64,000 nucleotides of DNA from Rubrivivax sp. Lineage in GTDB: Bacteria > Pseudomonadota > Gammaproteobacteria > Burkholderiales > Burkholderiaceae_C. Position 1 is the stretch's first letter. Every line of letters starts with the position of its first letter. Below are positions 56,401 to 64,000 of the stretch, piece by piece. The position numbers were made by a program, and so were the translations under genes. The notes under the pieces were generated by a model that did not search any database, was not told the origin of the DNA, and was given only the letters and a program-made list of their open reading frames with translations. The stretch spans positions 6,905 to 70,904 of the forward strand of contig JAEUPE010000097.1 of the NCBI GenBank assembly GCA_016790435.1, in the 5' to 3' direction.

Positions 56401-57330
56401 TCACAGGAGGTCGAGGTCCACGTCGCCATGGGCGTAGAGGAGCACGCCCGTGTCGGTGCAGGAGAAATGGTGCTGGGTGCCTGCCGGCGCGAGCTGGTAG
56501 TCCAGAGGGCGCAACAGCACTTCGTCGAGGAAGAAGTCGCCGGCGAGCATCAGGCACTCCTCGTCGTGGCGGTGGCCGTGATGCGGCACGGCCGCGCCCG
56601 GCAGGGCGTGATAGAGCATCGCCGCCTGCGCCCCCTGCTGCCACATCAGGCGGCGCCGGATGCCCGGTGCGTAAGCCGTCCACGGCGCCGCGGCGGCGCG
56701 CTGTGTCGTCGGCCTCGCCGGTGCGTCGCCGCCCGGCCGCGACTCGCGCAGGTAGAGCAGGGCGCCGGTCTCGCTCGACCAGGGGCCGTCGTCGGCGCTG
56801 GCCGGCACGACGTGGTAGTCGTGCACGTGCAGCAGCGTGCCGCCGGCGCGCAGGCTGCCACGGAGCACGAGGCACTCGCGTTGCAGGCCGGGTGCGCCTG
56901 AACGCGCTGCACGCGTTCCGGGCAGCGCCGTCGCCATGGGCCAGGCGGCGCCGGGCGCCAGCTCGACCAGCGTCACCGCGTCGGGCTCGCCCGGCCTTCG
57001 TGTCCGACCGGCGCTGGCGCGGTACAGCGCGCGTTGCGTCACGCCAGGCGCCGGCACGTCGGCCACGGTGTCGGCAAGACGCAGCGTGTGCAGCGAGCGC
57101 GCCGATGCCGCGCTTGCGCCGACGCGCGCCAGCAGCCGTCGGCGCATTGCATCCGGCGCATCGGGCGTTCTGGTGCCTGTGGGCCTGATGGCCTGCAGCA
57201 ACGGCGCAAAGGCGTCTGATTGCGCATCGGGCGCATCGGCGGGGCGCGTCAGGGGCGGCGGCAGGCCGGCTTCGACCAGGTCGGCGAGGAGGTCGGGCGT
57301 CGCCAGCAGAGCGTCGAAGGGGTCACGCAT
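56401..57330 (-). CDS. ChrR-like cupin protein, putative anti-sigma factor
   Basis: Two cupin-like halves (ECLVLRG..DYHVVP; HHGHRHDEECLML..DYQLAPAGTQH); start overlaps the sigma factor stop. Confidence 0.75.
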   Translation of the reverse strand: MRDPFDALLATPDLLADLVEAGLPPPLTRPADAPDAQSDAFAPLLQAIRPTGTRTPDAPDAMRRRLLARVGASAASARSLHTLRLADTVADVPAPGVTQRALYRASAGRTRRPGEPDAVTLVELAPGAAWPMATALPGTRAARSGAPGLQRECLVLRGSLRAGGTLLHVHDYHVVPASADDGPWSSETGALLYLRESRPGGDAPARPTTQRAAAAPWTAYAPGIRRRLMWQQGAQAAMLYHALPGAAVPHHGHRHDEECLMLAGDFFLDEVLLRPLDYQLAPAGTQHHFSCTDTGVLLYAHGDVDLDLL

Positions 57331-58177
57331 GTTCGGCCTCCATCACGCGCTTGAGTTGTTGCAGTGCGCGCCGGATGAGCGACTTGACGGTGCCGAGCGG
57401 CAAGCCTTGCTGCTCGGCGATCTCTTCGTGCGTGAGGCCGCGAAAGAAGGCGAGCGCGACGAGCTGGCGCGAACGCGGCTCGAGCGAAGCGAGTGCGGCG
57501 TGCACGTGCGCATGGCCGCGCGTGGCCTCGAGCAGGTCCTGCGGCGGCAGGGCGCGTGCATCGGACAACTCCACTGCTTCGGTCGCGTCGTCCTCGGGCA
57601 GTGCATCGTGCTGGAAGCGCTGTTCACGGCGCAGCGCGTCGATGGCGCGTGAGCGGGCCATGGCCAGCAGCCAGGTGATCGGCCGGCCGCGGTCGGCGTC
57701 GAAGCGCGGGGCCTGCCGCCACACCTGCCAGTAGGTGTCCTCGAGCACCTCCTCGGCGAGTGCGGCGCGCTGCGTGATGCGCAGCACGAGGCCGTTCACG
57801 CGCGCGGCCGTGGCGTCGTAGAGCGCCTCGAGGGCGCGTTCGTCCTGGCGGGCGATGCGCGCGATCCAGGCCGACAGCGTCGCATCGTCCGCCGCCTCGA
57901 GCGGCAGGCCCGAGAGGCCTCGTGCAGGGAATGACGCGGCGAATGACGCGTCGCCTTCGGCCCCAGGCGTGGCATCGGCGTCGAAAGCGTCGGCCGGATC
58001 GCTGTCCGACAGCGCCTCGTGCGCGCCATCAAAGGCTTCTTCGACCTCTGCCTCGGCTGCGTCGGCATCTGCCCGGTCACTGTCGAGGCTCAATTCACGG
58101 GCTCGTGGCCAGCGCCGTGCTGGATCGCGTCGGGCCGGCAGGGTCAACACATTCGCGGCACGCAGGGGGGCACTCAT
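57323..58177 (-). CDS. ECF sigma-70 factor
   Basis: ALEALYD, AEEVLEDTYWQVWR, TWLLAMARSRAIDALR, GLTHEEIA..PLGTVKSLIRRAL; GAGG before ATG 58177. Confidence 0.92.
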   Translation of the reverse strand: MSAPLRAANVLTLPARRDPARRWPRARELSLDSDRADADAAEAEVEEAFDGAHEALSDSDPADAFDADATPGAEGDASFAASFPARGLSGLPLEAADDATLSAWIARIARQDERALEALYDATAARVNGLVLRITQRAALAEEVLEDTYWQVWRQAPRFDADRGRPITWLLAMARSRAIDALRREQRFQHDALPEDDATEAVELSDARALPPQDLLEATRGHAHVHAALASLEPRSRQLVALAFFRGLTHEEIAEQQGLPLGTVKSLIRRALQQLKRVMEAEHA

Positions 58178-58547
58178 GGCCACCTCGCCGCCCGCGCCGC
58201 CGAGGTCCAATTGTCCGGCGGCTGGCGCAGCCGGTGCGCGGTGCGTTCGATCATCGATGCTCCCCCTTGGGCGCCTTGGCAGCGCGACCACCCTGGGCAT
58301 ACGGGGCTTGGCGGTGGCTGGATGCGGTTCCGGGCCCAGGGTTTTCACTGATCCGAAGGACATGTTCGATCGGGCCTTGGTGAGGGGTCCTCGCTGCGCT
58401 GGCTCATCGGCCTTGGGGCCACGACTCCTACGGCGTGTTGGCGGGCACGGATGCCCATCTCGCGCGCGCCTCGCCCGCGCCGCGCTCGGCGACAGGGGTC
58501 ATTGGATCGGGCGTGCGCGCGCCGGCGCGCCGGCCGAGAATGGGCAC

Positions 58548-59330
58548 ATGACGCTGCGCCGCATCGTGTGTTCCGCCCTCTCGGTCCTCGGGCTGTGCTT
58601 CATGGCGTCGCCGGGATGGACCGCCGCCGAACGGGCGCCCGAGAGTGCGCGCCCCGATCGGCTCACGGGCATTGCCATCGAGCCCCTGCCGCTGGCGCCG
58701 GCGCTGCAGGCGCGCGTCCAGGCGGCCGTGGCGCACTACGAGGCCGGCCGCATGCGCGAGGCGGCGCGCGAGTTCAGCGCGCTGGCGCGGCGGTCGGTGC
58801 CGGCGGCGCAGTTCAACCTGGGCGTGATGCACCTGCAAGGCGAACTGCCCGACGCGAGCCCCGCCGAAGGAGAGCGCTGGCTGCTGCTCGCTGCGCGCGG
58901 CGGCTTCGTCACGGCCATGTTCACGCTCGGCCGCGCGCTCGAGGGCGGCGAACTTGGTCGCCGCGACATCGCCGCAGCCCACGACTGGTACGAGGTCGCC
59001 GCGGCGCGCGGCAGCGTCGACGCGATGGTGGCCATGGGCACGGCGCACTACCTCGGCCGGGGCCGCGAACGCGACGCCAGCGCGGCCGCGCACTGGTACC
59101 GTGAGGCGGCCAAGGGCGGGGACATCGGCGCGCAGTACCTCATCGCCTCCATGTACGAGAGCGGCGAGGGCGTGGGCAGGGACCTGCGCCTGGCCCGCCA
59201 CTGGTACCGCGAGGCGGCGCGTCGCGGCGACGAGGCGGCGCCGACGAAGCTGCGCGAGATCGAGGGTCGACTGGCGGCCGAGGAGGCGGCCGACCCTAAA
59301 GGACCATCTTCACCATCGGGTGCGAAGTGA
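58548..59330 (+). CDS. Sel1-repeat protein
   Basis: AQFNLGVMHLQG, AMFTLG, WYREAAKGGDIGAQYLIASMYESGEGVGRD; signal peptide. Confidence 0.88.
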   Translation: MTLRRIVCSALSVLGLCFMASPGWTAAERAPESARPDRLTGIAIEPLPLAPALQARVQAAVAHYEAGRMREAAREFSALARRSVPAAQFNLGVMHLQGELPDASPAEGERWLLLAARGGFVTAMFTLGRALEGGELGRRDIAAAHDWYEVAAARGSVDAMVAMGTAHYLGRGRERDASAAAHWYREAAKGGDIGAQYLIASMYESGEGVGRDLRLARHWYREAARRGDEAAPTKLREIEGRLAAEEAADPKGPSSPSGAK

Positions 59331-59571
59331 GCGCGCGGTACAGCTCGTCGAGCTGCTGGCGGCTGGTGGCCGTTACCGTCAGCGTGATGCCGAGGTAGTT
59401 GCCGCCGCGGCTCGGCCGGCGTTCGACGGTGGCCGGGTCGAAGCTGGGGTCGAAGCGCATCGCCACCGCCACCATCGCGGCCTCGAAGCCCTCGACCGAT
59501 GCGCCCATCACCTTGATCGGGAAGGCGCTCGGGTACTCGATCAGGCTCTTCTCGGGTGGGATGTCCTGCAT
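59296..59571 (-). CDS. ybeD: YbeD/DUF493 family protein
   Basis: LIEYPSAFPIKVMG, SRGGNYLGIT, QLDELYRALTSHPMVKMVL. Confidence 0.92.
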   Translation of the reverse strand: MQDIPPEKSLIEYPSAFPIKVMGASVEGFEAAMVAVAMRFDPSFDPATVERRPSRGGNYLGITLTVTATSRQQLDELYRALTSHPMVKMVL

Positions 59572-59588
59572 GGCACCGAGCAGAGCGC

Positions 59589-60467
59589 TCACAGGCTCAT
59601 GGTGGTCTTGGCGCGCTGGTAGGCCTCGTGCAGCCGCGCATACACCGGCCCGGGCTTGCCGCGCAAGGCGCCATGGCCGACGGGTTGGCCGTCGAGCAGG
59701 GTCACGGGCAGCACCTCCTTCGTCGCCGAGCTGATCAGCAACTCGTCGGCGCTGAGCACGTCGGCCTCGGGAATGGGGCGCAGGTTGTAGGCGACGCCGC
59801 AGTCCTCGCAGAGCTCGCGCAGCAACTCGACGCGGATGCCTTCGAGCACGTGTTCGCTCTTCGGCGGGCCGAGCAGGGCGCCCTCGTGCACCACCCACAC
59901 GTTGCTGCCCGAGGCCTCGGTGAGGAAGCAGTCGCGGAACATGATGGTTTCCATCGCGCCGTGGTCGGCGGAGATCTGCCGCGCCAGCACGTTGCCGAGC
60001 AGGCTCGTACTCTTGATGTCGCCGCGCTCCCAGCGGAAGTCGCGTGCGGTGACACAGGCCACGCCCTTGTGGCGCATCTCCGCGCTCGGCGCCTTCATGG
60101 GGTTGACCATCATGAAGACGGTGGGCGTGAGGCCCGGTGGCATGACATGGTCGCGCGGCGCGACGCCGCGCGTCACCTGGAAGTAGATGACCTGGTCCTC
60201 GGCACCCGTCTTCTCGGCCAGCGCCGCCACGAGCTTGCGGCAGCGCTCCAGCCATTGCTCGCGCGTCGCGGGGTGCGGGATGCGCAGCTTGTCGAGGCTG
60301 CGGTTCAGCCGCGCGATGTGTTCGTCGAAGCGGAAGAGGCGGCGGCCGTACACCGGCGCCACGTCGTAGACGCCGTCGCCGAAGATGAAGCCGCGGTCGA
60401 GCACGCTCACGCGTGCTTCGTTGAGCGGCAGGTACTCGCCGTTGAGAAAGCAGAGGTAGTCGACCAT
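59589..60467 (-). CDS. D-amino acid aminotransferase (class IV PLP)
   Basis: SVLDRGFIFGDGVYD, QVTRG, IKSTSLL, EASGSN, LEGIR, SSATKEV. Confidence 0.92.
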   Translation of the reverse strand: MVDYLCFLNGEYLPLNEARVSVLDRGFIFGDGVYDVAPVYGRRLFRFDEHIARLNRSLDKLRIPHPATREQWLERCRKLVAALAEKTGAEDQVIYFQVTRGVAPRDHVMPPGLTPTVFMMVNPMKAPSAEMRHKGVACVTARDFRWERGDIKSTSLLGNVLARQISADHGAMETIMFRDCFLTEASGSNVWVVHEGALLGPPKSEHVLEGIRVELLRELCEDCGVAYNLRPIPEADVLSADELLISSATKEVLPVTLLDGQPVGHGALRGKPGPVYARLHEAYQRAKTTMSL

Positions 60468-60536
60468 GATGACCGCCGGGTGGTGAAACTCATTCTGGCA
60501 CGCGCCACCCCGCGTTCCGCATGACCTGGCGCAGGA

Positions 60537-61745
60537 CTACTTGATCCAGAGCCGCAGGCCGTCCCAGGCGCGTCCGAACCAGCCGGCGAGGGCAACCTCC
60601 TGCAACGCGACGAGCGGCACGCTCGCCACGGCCGCGCCGCCGGCGGTGACCACCTTCACGGTGCCCACGGCTTGTCCGGCGGCCAGCGGCGCCACGAGCG
60701 GGTCGGTGCGGGTGAGCGAAGGCTGGAGCCGTGCGCCCTCGCCCTTCGGCACGCTGACCACGAGCCCGGCGGCGACGCCGAGCTTCGCCTCGCGCGCCAC
60801 GCCCTTCCACACCGGCACCGTGGCGAGCGCCTGGTTCGGCTCGAAGAGCTTCACCGCGTCCCAGGCGGTGTAGCCCCAGTTGAGCAGCTTCTGGCTTTCG
60901 TTCGCCCGTGCCTCGTCGGAGGCGGCGCCGAGTACCACCGAGAGCAGCCGGCGCTTGCCGGCCGGCGTGTCGCGCACGGCCGTGGCCACCAAGCACCAGC
61001 CGGCGGCGTCAGTGCGGCCGGTCTTCATGCCGTCGACGGTGGGGTCGCGGCTGAGAAGGCGGTTGCGGTTGTCCTGCTTGATGCCGTTGAAGGTGTAGCT
61101 CTTGACGCGGTAGATCGGGAACAGCGTGGGGTGCTCGGCGATGATCTTCGCGGCCACGAAGGCCACGTCGCGCGCGCTGCTGAAGTGGCCCGTTTCGGTG
61201 AGGCCGGTGACGTTGCGGAACTGCGTGTTCTTCAGGCCCCAGGCCTCGGCCTGCCGGTTCATGGCCGCGACGAAAGCCTCCACCGAGCCGGCCACGCCCT
61301 CGGCCAGCGCCACCGCGGCGTCGTTGCCGCTGTGCACGATGAGGCCGTGCAGCAGCTCGTCGACGTGCGGCTTCATCTTCGGGTCGATGAACATCAGCGA
61401 GGCACCGCCCTTCTTGCCCGAACCGCGCTCGTTCCAGGCGCGCGTGCTCACCGGCAGCGCCTGGTCGAGCGAGAGCTTCTTGTCGCGCACGGCGTTGAAG
61501 ACCAGGTAGGCCGTCATCAGCTTGGTCAGCGAGGCCGGCTCGGCGCGCTGGTCAGCGCCGGCCTCGGCCAGCACCTGCTGGCTGGCGAGATCGACGAGGA
61601 TGTACTGGCGCGCGGCCACCTCGGGTGGTTGCGGGCGCGGCTGCGCTGCGGTGGGGCCGGCGACGAGGGCGATCAGGGGGACGAGGAAAACGAGGGCAAC
61701 GAAGGCGCGTGAACGCACCATCGCCCCGAGGGCAAGCCATCTCAT
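60537..61745 (-). CDS. D-alanyl-D-alanine carboxypeptidase (PBP5/6 family)
   Basis: PASLTKLMT (SxxK), SGNDA (SxN), GMKTG (KTG); alternative start 61721. Confidence 0.93.
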   Translation of the reverse strand: MRWLALGAMVRSRAFVALVFLVPLIALVAGPTAAQPRPQPPEVAARQYILVDLASQQVLAEAGADQRAEPASLTKLMTAYLVFNAVRDKKLSLDQALPVSTRAWNERGSGKKGGASLMFIDPKMKPHVDELLHGLIVHSGNDAAVALAEGVAGSVEAFVAAMNRQAEAWGLKNTQFRNVTGLTETGHFSSARDVAFVAAKIIAEHPTLFPIYRVKSYTFNGIKQDNRNRLLSRDPTVDGMKTGRTDAAGWCLVATAVRDTPAGKRRLLSVVLGAASDEARANESQKLLNWGYTAWDAVKLFEPNQALATVPVWKGVAREAKLGVAAGLVVSVPKGEGARLQPSLTRTDPLVAPLAAGQAVGTVKVVTAGGAAVASVPLVALQEVALAGWFGRAWDGLRLWIK

Positions 61746-61758
61746 CGGAAGAACCGTT

Positions 61759-62391
61759 TCAGGAGAAGGCCGCACCGACGATCTGCTTGAGCAGTGTGAG
61801 CTGGCCGTGGAAGAAGTGGCCGGCACCCGGCACGAGCGTGATGGGCAGCGACTGCGGGCGCGCCCAGTCGAGCACGGCCGAGAGGGGCACCACGTCGTCG
61901 GTCTCGCCGTGCACGACGAGCGTGTCGGCGGGCACGGGGGCGAGCGTGAAGTTGCCGGCGGCCGGGGCAATGAGCACCAGGCGCGCCGCTCGCTGTGCAT
62001 CGCCCGCCGCGGCGAGCCGCGCCGCCGCCTGCGTGGCGACATAGCCGCCAAAGGAGAAGCCGCCCAGCAGCAGAGGCCGGTCCGCCATGCGCTGGGCGGC
62101 GATGACCGCGAGTGCATCGTCGACCTCGCCGCGGCCTTCGTCCCAGCGGCCGCCCGAAGCGCCGACGCCGCGGAAGTTGAAGCGCACGCAGCGCCAGCCG
62201 AGTTGCGCAAAGGTGCGGGCGAGCGTCATCACGACCTTGTTGTCCATCGTGCCGCCGTGCAGCGGATGCGGATGGCACAGCACGACGACGCCAGCCACCG
62301 CGCCGTCATGGGCCGCGGCGGGCGCGTCGACGGCGCACTCGAGCGGGCCAGCGGGCCCGGGCACGACGAGCCGCTCGGCGTGGGCATTCAT
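61759..62391 (-). CDS. Alpha/beta hydrolase
   Basis: CHPHPLHGGTMDNKVV, FNFRGVG, GFSFG, HGETDDVV, GHFFHG. Confidence 0.92.
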   Translation of the reverse strand: MNAHAERLVVPGPAGPLECAVDAPAAAHDGAVAGVVVLCHPHPLHGGTMDNKVVMTLARTFAQLGWRCVRFNFRGVGASGGRWDEGRGEVDDALAVIAAQRMADRPLLLGGFSFGGYVATQAAARLAAAGDAQRAARLVLIAPAAGNFTLAPVPADTLVVHGETDDVVPLSAVLDWARPQSLPITLVPGAGHFFHGQLTLLKQIVGAAFS

Positions 62392-62425
62392 GGCGCGGAT
62401 GCTGACGCGGCGTGCGAACGCGAGC

Positions 62426-62752
62426 TCAGCGGCCGACGTTCGGCGGCAGCACGAGCCGCTCGACGACGCGGCCTTCGCGCAGGTGCGAGTCGACGATCTC
62501 GTCGAGGTCGGCGCGGTCGACGTAGGTGTACCAGGTCTCCTCGGGGTACACGACGGCCACGGGGCCGCCGGCGCAGCGGTCCAGGCAGCCGGCCTTGTTG
62601 ACGCGCACGCCGCCGGGGCCGGCCAGCCCGAGCGTCTTCACGCGGGCCTTGCAGTGGTCGAAGGCGGCCTGCGCATCGTGGTCGGCGCAGCAGGCCTCGC
62701 CGTTGCCGCGCTGATTGAGGCAGAAGAAGATGTGATGCTTGTAGTAGCTCAT
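62426..62752 (-). CDS. Thioredoxin-like [2Fe-2S] ferredoxin
   Basis: HIFFCLNQR..CC, RVNKAGCLDRCAGGPVAVVYPE. Confidence 0.92.
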   Translation of the reverse strand: MSYYKHHIFFCLNQRGNGEACCADHDAQAAFDHCKARVKTLGLAGPGGVRVNKAGCLDRCAGGPVAVVYPEETWYTYVDRADLDEIVDSHLREGRVVERLVLPPNVGR

Positions 62753-62792
62753 CGAACGCGATTGTAGGGAGCGGGCCGAAGGGACCAGGCAT

Positions 62793-63929
62793 TCAGGACC
62801 TGATGGCCAGGCGCGACAGCATCCACGTGATCGCCGCATAGGGCCACAGCCAGCCGATCCACTGCGCCAGGCCGTGGAAGCGCACGAAGCGCCCCTGCTC
62901 CCACGCCTGCAGGCTCTGCGCGAAGTAGGGGTCGGCGGGTGCCTGCGCCACGCCGACGACGAGGCCGGTGAGGACCATCAGCCCGACGCCCAGCACGACG
63001 GCGCGCGACATCGGCGCCAAGGCCAGCACGCCGAGCGCCGCGATGCCCACGGCCGGCCCGGCCCATGGGGTGACCCAGGCGAGCGCGTGGCGCGGCCCGA
63101 AGTTGAGCAGCGTCGACAAGGTCATGCCGAGTGCCGCCAGCACGAGCGCGCCAAAGGCCATGGCCAGCCGCCGCCAGCCGGGTGCGACGACGCTGAAGGC
63201 CACGACGCAGGGCGCGAGCAGGCCCATGGCGACGATCAGCACCTCGGCCAGCGGCGACAGGCCGAGCGATGCGGCGGCGGCTGCGGCGGCCTCGGTCGCG
63301 GGCGAGGGCGAGATCATCTCGCGGGCAGCTTCGGACAGCGGCAGCCCCTCGAACCAGGCCGCGATGGCGTCGACCAGGCGGCCGCCCCCGATCTGGCCCA
63401 GGCCGAGGGGCGCCGGTGCCGGGAAGAGCAGGCCCACGGGCCATAGCGCGAGCAAGGCCAAAGCCCCTTCGCTGTCGCGTTCGAACCAGCGCTCGCGCAG
63501 CGCGTGCCAACCATCGACGAGACCCACGCGGTGCATGGCCAGGGCGAGCAGCGCGCCGACCCCGGCGCCGCCGCTGTTCATGACCCAGTCCTTGAGCGAA
63601 GGGTGGCGCGTTGGCAGGGCGGTCTGCAGCACCTCGAGGCCGTAGGAAAGCGCCGCCGGCACGAGCACCGCCACCCAAAGAGCGCTCCACAGCCGTGCGC
63701 CCGAGCGCAAGCGGCCGATCGCCAGCAGCAACCCGAAGGGCACGTAGCCGAGCAGGTTGGACCAGAGATCGAACTCGTCGCCCCAGGGCCCCCAGGGCAG
63801 GCTGAGCAAGTCGTCCCAGGCGGCGGTGGAGGACCAACGCCAGCCGTCGAAGGGGTAGAGGCTCGCGTAGATCACCAGCGCCGCGTAGGCCAGCGCCAGC
63901 ACCGTGGCGGTGGAGCGGCGGCTGGCCAT
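62793..63929 (-). CDS. VanZ-family membrane protein
   Basis: YASLYPF, NLLGYVPFG, EVLQTALPTRHPSLKDWVMN. Confidence 0.85.
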   Translation of the reverse strand: MASRRSTATVLALAYAALVIYASLYPFDGWRWSSTAAWDDLLSLPWGPWGDEFDLWSNLLGYVPFGLLLAIGRLRSGARLWSALWVAVLVPAALSYGLEVLQTALPTRHPSLKDWVMNSGGAGVGALLALAMHRVGLVDGWHALRERWFERDSEGALALLALWPVGLLFPAPAPLGLGQIGGGRLVDAIAAWFEGLPLSEAAREMISPSPATEAAAAAAASLGLSPLAEVLIVAMGLLAPCVVAFSVVAPGWRRLAMAFGALVLAALGMTLSTLLNFGPRHALAWVTPWAGPAVGIAALGVLALAPMSRAVVLGVGLMVLTGLVVGVAQAPADPYFAQSLQAWEQGRFVRFHGLAQWIGWLWPYAAITWMLSRLAIRS

Positions 63930-63945
63930 GGCGACGGCCTCTGGC

Positions 63946-64000
63946 CTAGAACGGCTTGACGACGACGAGCACCACGGTGGCCGCGAAGAGCAGCACCGTG
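63946..64000 (-). CDS. hemJ: 3' end of a CopD/HemJ-family membrane protein (partial)
   Basis: Reads TVLLFAATVVLVVVKPF*; VVKPF is the typical HemJ C-terminus, but only 17 residues are visible. Confidence 0.6.
   Translation of the reverse strand, partial: TVLLFAATVVLVVVKPF

Noticed and set aside
1-64000. Mobile elements, prophage, defence systems, tRNA/rRNA
   Set aside because: No transposase, integrase, phage or defence motifs, no cloverleaf or rRNA-like sequence, and composition looks uniform

Overview
Very GC-rich betaproteobacterial chromosome segment; gene content and order suggest Burkholderiales, Rubrivivax/Ideonella-like (inference). It is densely coding (about 55 genes) with no rRNA, tRNA, CRISPR or recognisable mobile element. 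Main blocks, in order: a convergent PAS histidine kinase/response regulator pair; dsbB, ridA-like and comEC; a five-gene transglutaminase/DUF2126 amidoligase + circularly permuted ATP-grasp + alpha-E cluster (predicted peptide-tagging system, no Anbu peptidase in the window); mltB; moxR-DUF58-tgpA; HDAC-mscS followed by a His-rich, RGPP-ending DUF2946/CruR-like leader ORF and a ZnuD-like TonB-dependent receptor; pdxH; a Fur-boxed tonB-exbB-exbD-receptor-DUF1513 operon; chaC and edd-eda with a 9-bp VNTR abutting the edd start; gloA, PaaI, MarR-MFS; UPF0016, SDR, aer-like MCP; a second tonB-exbB-exbD-exbD-TPR module; miaA, Bcr MFS, pseudouridine synthase; ECF sigma + cupin anti-sigma; and the ybeD/D-amino acid aminotransferase/DD-carboxypeptidase/hydrolase/ferredoxin/VanZ/hemJ run. 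The two best leads are (1) a putative metal-sensing ribosome-arrest leader peptide controlling the ZnuD-like importer and (2) the uncharacterised ATP-grasp/transglutaminase cluster, which has a degenerate ligase paralog and Gln/Ser-rich inserts. All calls come from motif recognition by eye; no database search was run.
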